Of a stretch of 64,000 nt of DNA, positions 37,401 to 60,235 are shown piece by piece. Both the position numbers and the translations under genes were made by a program. Position 1 is the first letter of the stretch. Every line of letters begins with the position of its first letter. This DNA is from Azolla caroliniana (Eukaryota; Plantae; Polypodiophyta). The stretch is from the NCBI GenBank assembly GCA_043228905.1, contig JBHGNT010000013.1, forward strand, positions 11,036,001 to 11,100,000. The letters are read 5' to 3'. A model generated the notes under the pieces. The model worked only from the letters and a program-made list of their open reading frames with translations, was not told the DNA's origin and searched no databases.

Positions 37401-40400
37401 TCAAAATATTTTCAATATGAAATGATCCAAATGGAGGGGTTTCTGAAGCTAGGAAAGCACCTTAGGTGTTGGGTGATGATGCGCCTCAGTGATATGGAGA
37501 CTAAGTCTTCCAATGGCGGAAGATTAGCGAAACATTGAACGTCATAATAGCTCATATGATAAGGAACAAAACATCAGTACCATTTGAGATAGTTAGAACT
37601 GGGTTGGAGTTGGGATTAAAGGCCCTTTAGTTTTCTACAATTGAACTAGAAAAACGTTTTTTAGATAATTTAATATTTTCTAATTTTTGTTAGAGTTCTA
37701 CAATCTCGTTTTCAGAAATGTACTACAACTTCTAAAAGAATATTTTGTACACTGAATGGGATCCTTGGACAAGATTCCCACATACCATTAAATAGGTATT
37801 TATGAGGCCATGACTTAGCTGTCTCATCAGCATTTAAAACTCTTCTTCTAAGAGCATATTCTGTTTATCTTGAATAGGACACATATGTGCGTGCACTCCT
37901 ACCTTCAACATTTTTTTAAGTGATGAGCTTTTGTTTTACAGAACTGCTTCTGCTTTCTTTAATCTCTCATATGTGTTAAACCCAATAATTGTTTTTAGTT
38001 TCATATCTTTACCTTTAGATATTTCAGAAAACTGTCATTCTATCTTCTACTTCTTTACAGTTGGGATCCTGAAAAGAGGCATTCACATTTTCTAGTGTGA
38101 GTTGTATATATTGAATCTGGAAATTTCCTAGGCATCACTCTCAACAGTTGTCTCTTGCCTCATCTATATAACTCGCAGAGGAAGGTGAAACCAATTGTTG
38201 GTATTAACATATGAAAGATTAGCATGGATATGGATGCATTCGATATTTTTGAGAATAGCCTTGACCCTACATTTTTATTATATTATTAAGCCTGAGTGAA
38301 ATAACGTGATAAGGCTTCATATCATTAAACTGGATGACCCAATATAAACCTTACATACGGCCCCAGATGGTTTTATCACCCAAGCCATGTATAAGGAGAC
38401 ACACATACTTGTGCACAGCGATGTGGCATGTATGACTATCATCGTATCAACTGCAGATAGAGATAAGAAGATATATACATATAGTTTTTAAGGGATCACA
38501 TCTGGTATCTTTGCTATAAAAGAAGATGAATATGAGGACCATCATGCAATTTGCCGTGCACGTAGGCCCCGGCCCCATGGACCACGACCTCGACACCCTT
38601 GTCATCGACAAATAAAAGCCATTATCTCCCGCCATCGTAGGTGCGTCCCTCGCTTCGGAGACATTTCCATTCTGGATCGACCTATGCTAGAGATCTTTCG
38701 AAGACAAATGCTACAATATACCTAACTTGAGAATCTCACATGTGCCAAAAACCAGATTCCCTCGTTTTTTCTCTTTTCATCTTATTTACTTTTATATTTA
38801 CTGTGTAATATTTATTTTATTTTGATTTGTTCTCAAAGACAAGACAACACTCAAGATGTAATCACTTATTTGGTCTTATAGGCCAATTTGGCCTCTTAAA
38901 AGATGTTACTATTTCTTTCTTTCTTTCTTTCTTTCTCATTCACATTGGAAACAGAGTCTGGGGTTTAAATGAATATTGAGCAGCAAGAAAAGATACGTGA
39001 CTGCCTAAATGTACCGAAAACCGAAGAATGTATCACTTTGGAATGCCTCACATATGAGGTCATTAGGCATGATTTTCAGCATTTTCAATAAGGTTGTACA
39101 GATACAGTATCACCAAAGATAGATACTAGGCATGCTTGATCAAAAAACACTTATTGAATATCAAAAAAGTGAAAATTGGCAACTAGCTTTGTTTTCCATT
39201 TCAGTTTTTATTTTCAAAAAAGTGAAATGTACCTGCATGCCACAAGCAGATGCTAATGAGGATGTTGGGTGGAAAAAACGGCAAGCTATCTTTGCGAAAG
39301 TTGATGGCATTATATTGTGTGGATGTCGAAAGCGTCCTGGTAAACGATACCGTAATAGAATATCATAACACGAATGTAACTATAACATAAAATAGAATAT
39401 ATTTACGTACCTTGCATAATAGCAAGGGGTGTTTCTCCAATAACAATTGTATCTCCACAAGTTGCATGGCATATGGCATACCTTAAAATAAAATACCAAT
39501 ACCAGAGTAGGCAAATTAAGAAAGCACGAGCATATTTGAATAACTAAACACACATAAAATACCTCAAGTTGAAATGTGATAAGGTTGAGAATCCTACGTT
39601 TTAAGTACCTCTAATGGATCATCCAAATGACAAAGAACATGCGTCCTCACAGGTAGGACAGTACTACCATTGGCAATCCTAGCAAAACAGAATGTTAAGC
39701 AACCATAAATGAAAATATTAACTCTTAATATCATTATTGCAAATATGCCCCAGCCTTAACCTAGAAAAAAAGTTATATTAATTCTTTTAAGAGGATAAGT
39801 TGGCCTAAAAGGTTGAACAAAAAATTAAATCTTACAATGTTTTCATGTCATTGAGAACAACAAACCAAAATAAATAACTAAACATTGAGTTCTAAAGAAC
39901 CTAGATATTTAAGAACTCGATAATCTGAACTTAGAATAAGACTTCTGCATTCAAAAAATCTCTAACGTGTGCTGCTCTAAGATGGAGATACATCTGAAAA
40001 GAGGGAAGCACCATTAGTGCTGGGTGATACTGGCGATTATTTGCAATGACATAATGACGAATTTGTGGTTCAGATGGCCATGCTTTACGTGCATGGCAAA
40101 TTAGTAATTCTTGATCTATTATAACACCATTCAAGGGTCTTGGTCTAAACCCCAATAGAAGAATGAATGAATGAAAGATATTTAACGTCTTTTTAGAGGC
40201 CAAAGTGGCCTTTAAGACCAAACATAAGATTAAATCTTAACCAAGCAAACTTTGCGACATCCCTCCATGCTGCGGTCCATCAGTCTGTTTACATGGACAG
40301 GCATAGGAAAAAGCTTTCCACCCATTCAAGGTCATCTTATCAGGCCCCGGTTATAATGGATCGTACTAATGATGCACAAAAAAATAAGAGATTAGGGAGA

Positions 40401-42245
40401 AAAATGGATTACAAAAGAATGGATTACTGACCACCTCTGTGTAAAGGATGAGACAAACATAAAATACCATTGTGTCCCATACCACCAAACATTACCTTAT
40501 ATTATTCCTTGGTTGTTGAATAACAGATCCGAAGAAAAGAGCTCTGCCTCCCTAATAGAGTCTTGACAGCATCTCAAGATGCCATAATTAAGGCAGTAGC
40601 TAGTCCCCTTTATATAGCCCAACACTAAAGGCTCCCAGTACACCATGTTTTTCCACATATCATATATCCATATGGGTTTGTCCCAGTTCCAATGGTAACT
40701 GGTTTCCTGGCTACCATACTCTTAACCCATTAAAATTAATATAGAATTGGTCTGTAAGGCTATTCCTATAATACAGGTTGTACAACCCCTTAATTGGAAT
40801 CAGGAGTTCCACATGTCTGTTGATGCCTTAGAAATCGGCGATAAGCAATGTGCATATGCAGTGGTACAAATGCAGATGGTATTGGCCAGGTTCTACACCA
40901 GTCACCAGCTCTCCAAGGCAGCAAAGAACTGTTCCACAAGTGGGAAGCGCCAGGCATGTTTGACAATATCTTTTACCACAAAGTCGAGGATGACAGCTCA
41001 TGCCGTGATGTGTTCTCCCATGAAAAGAACTGCATACTGAATGAGACCCACTCCGGTGTCTCAAGATCTACTATGCTGGCGATGACACGACAATTAAGGT
41101 TTGGCCACAGCAGCCTATAGTGGTTAACAGTCCAGAAGAGTGCCCATTTCTTCTGCAAAGCATGCAATAAATGTCATTGGTTGGGCCAGCCCACCATTAA
41201 GGCCAGTATGTTGCATCCAACCTGTGCTCCCATTAGAATCCTTCAGGAAATGAGGCCTCAACTTTGTCAATCCATTTTACACCCACAGCAGCCCAAACTG
41301 GGAATCATCACATCATAGTGACAAAAACATTTGATGTCATGTTTAATGCCCCATCGAACTCATCAGAGCTACCTAGATAGACACTTCATCAACGATGTCA
41401 TCCACTTGTTGAACACTCGGTACATTGTGGCCCACAAGAAAAGCATGGTGCACTACCCACAAGCCAACAGCCTCATGGAATCCACCAAAAAGATCCCCAA
41501 GTCTATCCTAAAGAATAATGTCAATGAGAATCATACAGAGGGATCGCAAGCCACATTCCACACTTTTGAGTTTACCAGACAAGATTCAAAACAATGTAAT
41601 ACCAAGTCCCCAAATCGGGACCACCGCCTTCTGCTTAGTCTCTGGCTTGGAGATGGTCACCCCAATGGACTAACAAGTCCTCAAACTCCGCATTCATCTC
41701 ATCAAGCACATGGACAAGGAACCCTCCCTCCAGGCGAAGGCCATGCTCCTAACTGCTGCAGACTAGTTAAATGGCATTCTATGCGTCAAATGCCTGCAAT
41801 GACTCGAGAAGGCTTTCAGAGTTTATACCTCAAGATAGACATCAGAGTTTTCCCTAAAGTCAATTGTTCACAAGTTCCTCTCAAAGATGGAAGGTACATC
41901 TTTGATTGCCATCTATAGATAATAGAATGCTAGACGCAACAGCTGGAAAGTTCAAAAGTGACTAAAGTAGGAAAGTCCATTGCTTTAATATGAACGATTC
42001 TTATTCTTATTTTTGAAAGCATTTCTTCCAAAGTCCAATTGTCATCACTTTTTGGGTGGCAATCACTCCACTTTACATTGGCACAACAATACTGGGTTTA
42101 TATCTTGTGGGTCACTCTCTAGAGCCATCTGGACTACAGATAAGCCAAATTTTATGAAATAAATAGTGCAAAATTTAAATTCTTTTACAAGAAAAACCAT
42201 AACACACACATTCTATGCAACTATTTAAATAAATAAATAAATAAA

Positions 42246-42276
<31 letters not shown>

Positions 42277-45094
42277 TTTCTACACTACAAAACTCACTGT
42301 TTCCAAGAAGTCTGCTGCGTGACATTATTATATTGCAGCGGTAATATTATATGTTGCAACTCAACAAACCGACCATGAGCTCCATATGACACAAAGTTTA
42401 CATCCAGCCTTAGAGTCTGAAATAGGGAGAAAAAATGAACCTTTGCATTAAACCCAAAAAAACTTTCGAAAAACATTCTTTCAGTTACCTTATATATGTG
42501 CATGTTTAAAACTCGATTTCATTTACACATCTACAGGACTGAGAGTGAATCTTTATATCCTACATCAACTGTAGCCATGTACTAGTAGTCAATCAATGAA
42601 AGTGAATTTTCATAATGTCTTTTGAGCAAGGATCCCATAATTTAACTAGAACAATTGCATTATGAGTCTTATAAAGGCTGAGGTTGTCGCTGAATTCAAA
42701 GCTACATTGAATTGGTAGAACTTCTCCTTTCCTATCTCAGCTTGCTTGTTTAAGAATGAGTTGTACTAGCCTATCCAACATTTATCATCCTTTCATAACA
42801 ATGTTCTCTCGTTTAGAATATAACCATGCACTTTCCAAAGTTGTCTTCACTCTTTTGGATGTTGACTACCTGGTACACTGCCCTAAACCCAAAACCACCG
42901 AAGGAAGACCAATAACAGCTAGATAATATCACAGAAGTTTGTTTTCCACAACTTTTTGAGCTATGTGATACATCATATATACAGATATCATTCATCCCTC
43001 AAAAACATCTAAGGCGCTATATAAATCTTTCCTCACCATCACAAGCTATTATAACATTTCAAAGCATGGATATTCCAAGTCAAAATTATATCAACATCAA
43101 TGAGAACCTTCATATAAGTAATTCACACACCTGAAGTTGTGCCAATGGTTTTCCATTTTTTGCCATGATATCCACAGTCACCTAGAAATTATCAAGAATC
43201 TCTCTCCCTCCCTCCCTCTCTCCCTCTCTCCCTCTGCCAAAACATTGTTTATCATGAGAAGCTCTGTCCTAAATTGAGCAAGTCTGCACGTTTAATCAAC
43301 TTTGTGAGAATGTGCTAAAAGTAAAGCATTTTTACTTCTACAGTGTCCTTAAAAGAGCGCAATTATTGGATATCCTCAAATATGTGAACATAAATATAAA
43401 AAAATCTTGAGTTCTTGAAATACATCAGCAGTGCTAGAATCCATCCCCTTTTCAAACTTGTTAATATAACCTTTCTTTTTTGGTGCATATAACTTTAAAT
43501 ATCTTTATGCAATTGAAACGTATTTACAAAGCTACACAGTTAAAGGAGTTACATCCATGGTCAAGCATTCAACCTTTATTTGTGTGCTCTTTCCAGCCTG
43601 AAGAATATACGCAAACCAGTATCCATCAGCTCTATTTCTGAATTGATTTTCAGGATGATTTGCGAGAATCTGAAAGCGACAGTTAAGTAGAGAAATTCTA
43701 AATACAATCTGTGCAATCATATGAAGTGTCCAGTTTAAAGCACAAGATATTATAACCCTTAGGGCAAGGTTCGAAGTAAAAGGATCACACAAAAAATTTC
43801 CACCTTTATTGATGTCGTAAGGGGATCTACAGTGCCATCCGATAGAAGGAGTGCTCTTGCAGATACCTCATTTATAAATACCTCATTCTGTTTTGTGATA
43901 TTGCAAAACCTAGCACATATTAATTTGATTACATGAGTACTATGTGTATTATTTATAAAGAATCTTGCCATTACAAAGAAAAACCTATTTCACCAATATG
44001 AGTAATTTTTTCTGAAATAGCAAATCTTCAGGAGACCAAAATTAAAGTATTTTAAAGAGCTTTATGACTTCTCAAGTTTGATATCCCTTACAAATAACAT
44101 CAGGACCAAGAGAAAGCTTACTTCATAATTCCAGAAAGCCTGTAATGGGTACTCTCGGCAATCTGCCAGGTCCAATATCCTCGTGTCACGAGAATCCCAC
44201 TTGGTACATTCTCCTGAAAGATATCAGCAAAGAGAAATCGAAATAGAGATAGACAATGCAAACTGCTGCACCAAAACTTATCCCATTATTTTCCAAATAA
44301 GTGAAAGAATTTAAATTACACTTCCCATTAATGATTTTTCATGCACGCAAACTATGACATGCCCAAACCATCTAAAGCAATATTTCTACAACAAGTACCC
44401 AATAAAAGTATGGGGGGTCTCCATTGAAGAGTCTAACTTTATTTTACGCATGAATTTACTGGAAACGATTTCTTTTCTTAAGAGTTCTGGTTATAAAATG
44501 AACAAAAATCAGCCGATATGTATACAACATCTGCAAAGTTCTTCAAAGGTTGTGGTTTTTCTCATAATTTCCTATAATTCATAGATACAAAGAAAACTTT
44601 CAATGTGCCAGTTATAAAGTCAACAAATTTCATATGAATTTTTGGTGTTTCGCTCATACATTGCCATGCCTCTACTCCAAATTATACGCACCACCACAAC
44701 TTTCACAAAAAATGAGAGATGATTGCCTAACCTGCATAGACAAGATGTGAGGCAACTCTTTGTCCAACCAAGAAGACGGTTGAAGTCTGTAGGTGCAATT
44801 CTGTATTCCGACTTGTGGACTCTCTTCTTCTTCTTCTTCTGCTTCTTCTTCTTCTTCTTCTTCTGCTTCTTCTTCTTCTTCTTCTGCAATGCCATTACAA
44901 GGAACCACATCTTGGAATTTCTTCCCGGAGACTTGGTTTCTGCAGACAAGTGTGGTAGCGTTTCTGAGGGCTGTCCTTCTGGAGTAGGAGGTTGGCAACC
45001 AGACGTGGAGCGGAGGGAGAAGAAGAAGAAGGGAAGTAGAGGGGATAGCTAAAACAGGGGATTGCAAACATGGTGGATGAACACTTCCGACCAT
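34491..45094 (-). CDS. Cyanobacterial-type F420-0:gamma-glutamyl ligase-like (CofE-family) protein, 15 exons, 490 aa, probable plastid targeting
   Basis: Exons 45094-44732, 44213-44122, 43909-43804, 43669-43574, 43181-43131, 42416-42298, 39678-39598, 39481-39411, 39336-39233, 36149-36085, 35153-35108, 35028-34963, 34860-34762, 34671-34614, 34546-34491. All introns are GT-AG and phase-consistent (1473 nt). Motifs: [103 protein letters not shown]. Confidence 0.9.
36964..37030 (-). mobile_element. 3' end of an RTE-like LINE/SINE (GGCC hairpin plus (TTTC)n tail)
   Basis: Minus strand GGTCTTATAGGCCATTTTGGCCTCTTAAAAGATGTTAATATGTCTTTCTTTC; same motif as 38872-38935. Confidence 0.65.
37724..38075 (+). 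repeat. Dispersed ~340-bp repeat, copy 1 (Copia-associated relic)
   Basis: Closely similar to 47194-47535. Confidence 0.8.
38700..38935 (+). mobile_element. 5'-truncated RTE-like LINE/SINE 3' end
   Basis: Ends GGTCTTATAGGCCAATTTGGCCTCTTAAAAGATGTTACTATTTC(TTTC)n. Inverted relatives lie at about 39765-39930 and 40158-40240. Confidence 0.65.
40760..41800 (+). pseudogene. Highly decayed Gypsy RNase H/integrase fragment in intron 6 of the CofE-like gene
   Basis: WNQEFHMSVDALE, FYTSHQLSKAAKNCST and HKKSMVHYPQANSLMEST resemble RNase H and integrase YxPQxNGxxE motifs. Confidence 0.65.
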
Positions 45095-46940
45095 GGCTCT
45101 TTGCTGCGGATACTGCAGCTACTGTTGTCGTCTTTGAATGTAGAAGAAACCCTGCTGCTGCACGCACACACGCGCACACACAAAGGTTCTATGGTTTCTT
45201 CAAGGATCCATCCCTTCCCAGGAATATGTATATGACAAGGGAAGGGGACTCCTGTTCTGTTTCCTTGGCTTTAACCAGCAGGAAGATTTGGATGGATATG
45301 GGCCATGGCCATTATCCAGCAGGGGGGGGGGGGGGAGGGGAAGGATTCCAACCCATCCATCCATCCACATTTCAATCTGCCTATACATACATTTTTCTGT
45401 TTGTTAGTAGTAGAGTAGGGCTGCCTATAGCAGAGCATCACTTTACTTGAACTGTTTGCTTTGGCTTGAATATCTGATGTATATCTCTATCTGCATATCC
45501 ATTGCCAATTATCCAAGTTCATAATCAAAGTGCTCACCAAATAGAAGGGAAAAAATGAGGCATGCTTTAGTTCTAACCACTTTCCGTGTTTATCTTCACA
45601 TGTATATTCCCTCGTATGTGTATGTATATATGCATAAGACCTCGATGATGAAGCACAAAATCATCGGTTGAGAGAGGCTCCTTTTCCTCTTGCCACCCTC
45701 TTGAGGCTCTAAAAAAAGCTTCACTTTTGTCTTGAAATGGAGGATCACACTACAAACCATGGTAATGGTCCTCCTAGAAAAAGGTAGTGCAAGGTTCAAC
45801 CAATCATTCTATTGTTGTTAACATCTTCAGTTTTTATTAGTTTAGATGGAAATTTCTAGCACATAAAATGTTAACAAAATATAAAACATGTTGCTATTGC
45901 TCTTTCATTATATATTACATATTGCCATATTTTTCTATCATAATCCTCTTCACATCCCTCATAAGCTGTTCGCAAATCTTGTTTAGGTGAGGATTCGCAA
46001 CTACAATACATGTATCATGATGAATTAACAAACTTGCATGTCTATTGTTACTTGAAGCTTTGTATGCTTGAGGTCTATTATTAATTTCCAACCTGGTTGT
46101 GGACTTCACTCAAGTGCCCTCGATCAAATGGGCAAATTAATTAAACAATATCACAAACACATTCCAAATCACAGAGTCTGAAATACTAAAATCATTCATA
46201 TTGGCACTCCATATAGCATCACCATTAATAAGAATCTAGGCGTGAATTCCTATAGCTTGCAAACAAAAAAAAACCGAAGTGTTTGAAAATCATCTTGAAC
46301 AAGTAAAGATTTAAATGCCTTATGACATCTCTTTTTCCTTCCAATCTCCACAGCCACAATGCGATATAATATACAATATGGTTTGCAGCATGACAAAGAA
46401 GACAAAGGATAAATGATTGAAACACAAACCTCTAAAGGTTCTTGAACACTAGATCACCCATGCCTGATTTATAATTGACAGTGGACACAGATGATACTGT
46501 AGGACTTTGATATTTTCAAGTAATAAAGATACATTTTCCATTGAGGAAAAACAGATAAATGCTTTGCGCTATACATTCACATCTCTTCTTTCTCTTGGTA
46601 TCTTTGGAGTCTGTACATGAGGACAAAATCTTTTTGCCAGATATTAACAATCCCTCTGTTTCCAAAGAAATCTGGTTAGGTTTATGCTTCCACAAAATGG
46701 AAATGACCTCATGAGATATCCATTTTGTGTGTCAAATGACATTTTTTCGGAATGAAATGTCACATGTTCAGCCTATGGCATTGCATTTTGAAAGGGCTGG
46801 TAATGCATTCCATAGCTGTGCAAAATAATATCACATGAGTATGAGTTTAAGAACTATCAAAATCAAAACTATGACAGCATTCACTGATGAGAATAAAATC
46901 ATTAAAATACTTGAGCTACAACATCTCACCTTACTTCTCC

Positions 46941-56374
<9,434 letters not shown>

Positions 56375-56604
56375 AGCCCAGATCAAATGCGTCTGGGACA
56401 GAGAACCAATCAACTTTCTGGACAGCTAATTCTTCCGGCTATACGACCTGCGCTTCCTCTGGGAGACAGAACAGAAGGCGAGATACTCCCGTGTCTGCGC
56501 CATAGTAGCGTCTTACCATATCTCGCTCGCTCGCTCGCTCGCTCTGCAACAGAAAAGAGAAGAAAGAAAGAGGGGAGCAGAGAGCAGATAACGTACGTAC
56601 AGGT

Positions 56605-56845
56605 GTGTATATGTATGTACATACATACATACATACATACATACATTATTACATATGGATATGGATATGGTATCATATGGTATCATATGGTATCATATGG
56701 TAGCATATGGATATGGTATCATATGGTATCATATGGTAGCATATGGATATGGTATCATATGGTATCATATGGTAGCATATGGATATGGTATCATATGGTA
56801 TCATATGGATATGGATATACACACATACATATGGATGGATGGATG
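56605..56845. repeat. Compound micro/minisatellite ((CATA)n, GGTATCATAT, GGATAT; 36-bp higher-order period)
   Basis: Visible tandem units upstream of the AT1G64430-like gene. Confidence 0.9.
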
Positions 56846-56889
56846 GACGACGGCCCATATCCTCTCTCTTTTTTCGTAAATCAATGTTT

Positions 56890-58170
56890 GTTATTAAAAC
56901 AAAATAGTATATAAATAGTGATAGTGTTGTGCAAGGGAAACCCTCTCAGGTATTGTAAAACTAGATGACATAAGTCTATCTCTCCTCTTGGGACAAGATC
57001 CCCATACAACATAGTTGTGAAAATTGCCAAATCAATTTCCCTTTCATCCTACGGATTTGTTGTGCTATCCCATGAAGTCCATCAAACAAGAACTCATTTC
57101 TCATGGTCCAATTAAACCACATCCCCCAATATCTAAGGTAATCAAAAACCACCTTATATGAATGATGGTGTGGGCATAACTTTATCCCCATCCATAAAAA
57201 CCCATTTATAAGGTGACAAAATATTTCCTATTATCGATGCCCAATTTTGTGACATAATCACCCAAATGGCCGTAGCTACCGAACATGTAATAAACCTATG
57301 TCTAGCATCTTCTTCAGCCACTGTACAAAAAAAACATGTCCCATTTGAAATATGTCTTCGTTTTAAGGCCATCGCCAAAGGCAACCCACCAACTATGGCA
57401 CGCAAAGAAACACCTTTGCACGGAATGGAAGATGAGACTGCCACCCGGCATCTAAAACTCTACGCCACCACTTTACATTTCTAGTAATGCTCCATGTATC
57501 CAACACCTTATTTTCTAACCAAGCTCTTTCTTCAACCAACTTATGGTACACATCATTAGTGTTCACCAGAAAAATCATTTTCCCATTACCAAATGACCAA
57601 TCTTTCCATGGTTCCTCGACCACCAACTCTGGATTTGGGAAAACTAATGTAGGCATCGCCAATATTGATTGCCAAATATACCCATATCCACGTGGTATAT
57701 GAAACTTATTTCTGATTGTCCGAAAGGCCATCATTTTCCTACATGACTCTAAAACACCATCTTCTACAGTTATCAAACCTAGCCTTGCCATTCGATTGAA
57801 CTGTGAATTTAGACTTTCTTTTCCCTCCTAGTGTAATATCCTTGAAGTTTCCAACACCTCTGTTGCCAATGAATTTATATCTTTTTTGCACTCAGGAGGC
57901 CTCCAATTAAACAACTTCAAACACCGCTGCCACGAAAGCACCATTTGTTGAACCATACTAGATTCTGAACATTTAAATTGCCGAGTACTATTAACAATAT
58001 TCCACCACGAAGCTGTAATTCCCTTTTCCACAAAATAAGTAATTATTTCTGCCCAAGGTTGGGTACCTATGCACATACCTTTCAAAAGATTGAATCTTCG
58101 AGCCACCATATGATCTTCTAAATTGAGTAAAGCAGCACCCCCTAACCATTTTGGGGCCCATATTCTCTCT
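56890..58170 (-). mobile_element. Decayed L1-type LINE 3' part (zf-RVT region)
   Basis: PFRAKVFL and CFFCTVAEEDARHRFITCSVATAIW; A-rich end near 56870-56900. Confidence 0.75.
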
Positions 58171-58702
58171 CTCTCTCATCGACAACGACGTTTCTATTTG
58201 CTACCAAATCATAATTAGGCTTGGCGAGGAAATAGCGGACACGGATGGTGCGGGACACGTTTCGAATCGTGCATGCGATCTGCATCATTCGATCTCTATA
58301 TTATAAATAGTGCACGCTTAAAACCTAACCTGGGTTTGACGAGCCTCTATCACATCTAACTCAGGTTGTGATGATGCCATTTTATTGCCTAACCCGAACT
58401 CTATGTACCTTCATGGGGTTAGTAAATCAACTTGCAGCAGCCAAGTTTCCCCTAGACGACGCTCTAAAGGCTCATTTGTTGCTGTGTACCTTGTCGGAAA
58501 GCTGGGAGAACTTGGTGGTGTCTCTCAATGCCTCATGCCAATAAGAGAATCTGTCTTTACAAGTGGTAAAGACAAGTATTCTAAATGGCGAGACAAGAAG
58601 GAAGGAAAAAGGTGTCTTGTCCCAATCAGAGGCAAATGTGGCACAACATCCCCGCAAAGGAAGAAGCAAACAGAGAAGTCCACAAAAGAGAGACAAGTCT
58701 CG

Positions 58703-59219
58703 TGTTGTCGAGATTCAGTCCATAGATCTATGAAAACAGTAGACTAATACCTTGCACAAATGCAGAAAAACAAAAGATGTACAGAGAAGAACAGAGAAAA
58801 CACAACATACACAATACACAATATTTTACGTGGAAACCCGAACAGGGGAAAACCACAGGGCAACAGATCTTCACTATAGAGTGGATATATAGGAGAAAGA
58901 AAACACATTACAAGACTTTGCACAATAGAGTATTCCCACTTCAGGTTCTGGCTGCAAGTTTCTCTGCCTATGTCTATGCCTGCGCACAAGCTCCCTCATC
59001 CTCTCTTCACTATTATCCTCTGTACCGAAGCTCTTCGTTATGTTTTGCACACTCCCACACACTATGTTTGCCTTAGGTGGATTTATACTCATACACAGTA
59101 TGGGCTATTTACAAAGATAACTTTTATTATTATTATTAATCTTAGTTGATCAAGTGATTAATCGACTCCTATGTCGAGAAAAGGACCAAGTTGGCAACCC
59201 ATGCAACAAAATGCATATT
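58703..59219 (-). mobile_element. Probable solo LTR related to the 25041 LTR family
   Basis: Shares TTTTACGTGGAAA...GGAAAACCAC and GGGCTATTTACAAA. Possible TCTCG TSD; right boundary uncertain. Confidence 0.5.
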
Positions 59220-60235
59220 TCTCGGTTATGGAACTGATGGGGATTTCGGCTATTGCCTATGGGATCGGGAGAACTGGAAATTGATCTGAAGTAATGATGT
59301 AGCCTTCAACAAAGACTCTATCCTCTCTAAGTGGAACCAACAAAAATTAGAGGGCAAAAATGTCTCTTTAGAAATCGACTGGATCAAAGCCATGAGCTCC
59401 GAGATGGACTCGATCAAAGAGAACAATACATGGGAGTTGGTCGAACTACCATTTGGAAGAAAGCCACTACCTTGCAAATAGGTATTTTGATACAAATATG
59501 TAGCTGACTCAGAGAAGCCCAAGTACAAAGCTGAGCTCATCACGAAGGGATTCAAACAGGAACATGGAGTCGACTACGATGAGATATTCTCTCCAATAGT
59601 CAAGATGACCACCCTTCGGCTCCTACTCGGGGTCGTGGCGGCAGAAGACCTAGAGCTTGAGCAACTCGACGTAAAGACGACATTCTTACACGAAGACTTG
59701 GTAGAGAACATTTACATGTCCTAACCGGCAGGCTTCTCGGCGACGGGGAAGGAAAGTAACCTTGTATGTCGATTGAAGAAAAGCCTAGATGGCTTAAAAC
59801 AAGCACCGAGGATGTGGTACCAGAAGTTCGACTCTTACATCCAACAACCCGGCTACAACCGGTCCGACTCTGACCCATGTGTATACACTCGACAATTGGC
59901 CGACGAGTCCCAGATTTATCTAATCCTATATGTCGACGACATGCTGATTACAGGAAGCAATCAAGCAAAAATCTAAAAGCTAAAGCGGATCCTTCACGAC
60001 AAGTTCGCGATGAAGGAACTCAGACAAGCTTGAATCATACTAGGCATGAGGATCGAGCGAAATCGAAAGATGATGACTCTCCAACTCTCCCAATCTGACT
60101 ACATCCGAAAGGTGATGAGGCACTTCAGTATGGAGAACACGAAGCCAACACCCACTCTGCTTCTGACGTCGATCCGACTATCGGACAGAGACTCTCCATC
60201 AACAAACAAGGAGAGAGAGCTCAATGGAAAGATAC

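Noticed and set aside
44895-45179. Alternative first exon starting MFAIPCFSY
   Set aside because: It stops at 44895 before any donor site; only the ATG-45094 frame splices in phase.
45299-45304. Site II (TGGGCC) promoter motif, also at 56852-56857
   Set aside because: Single 6-mers are too weak to call without expression or conservation data.
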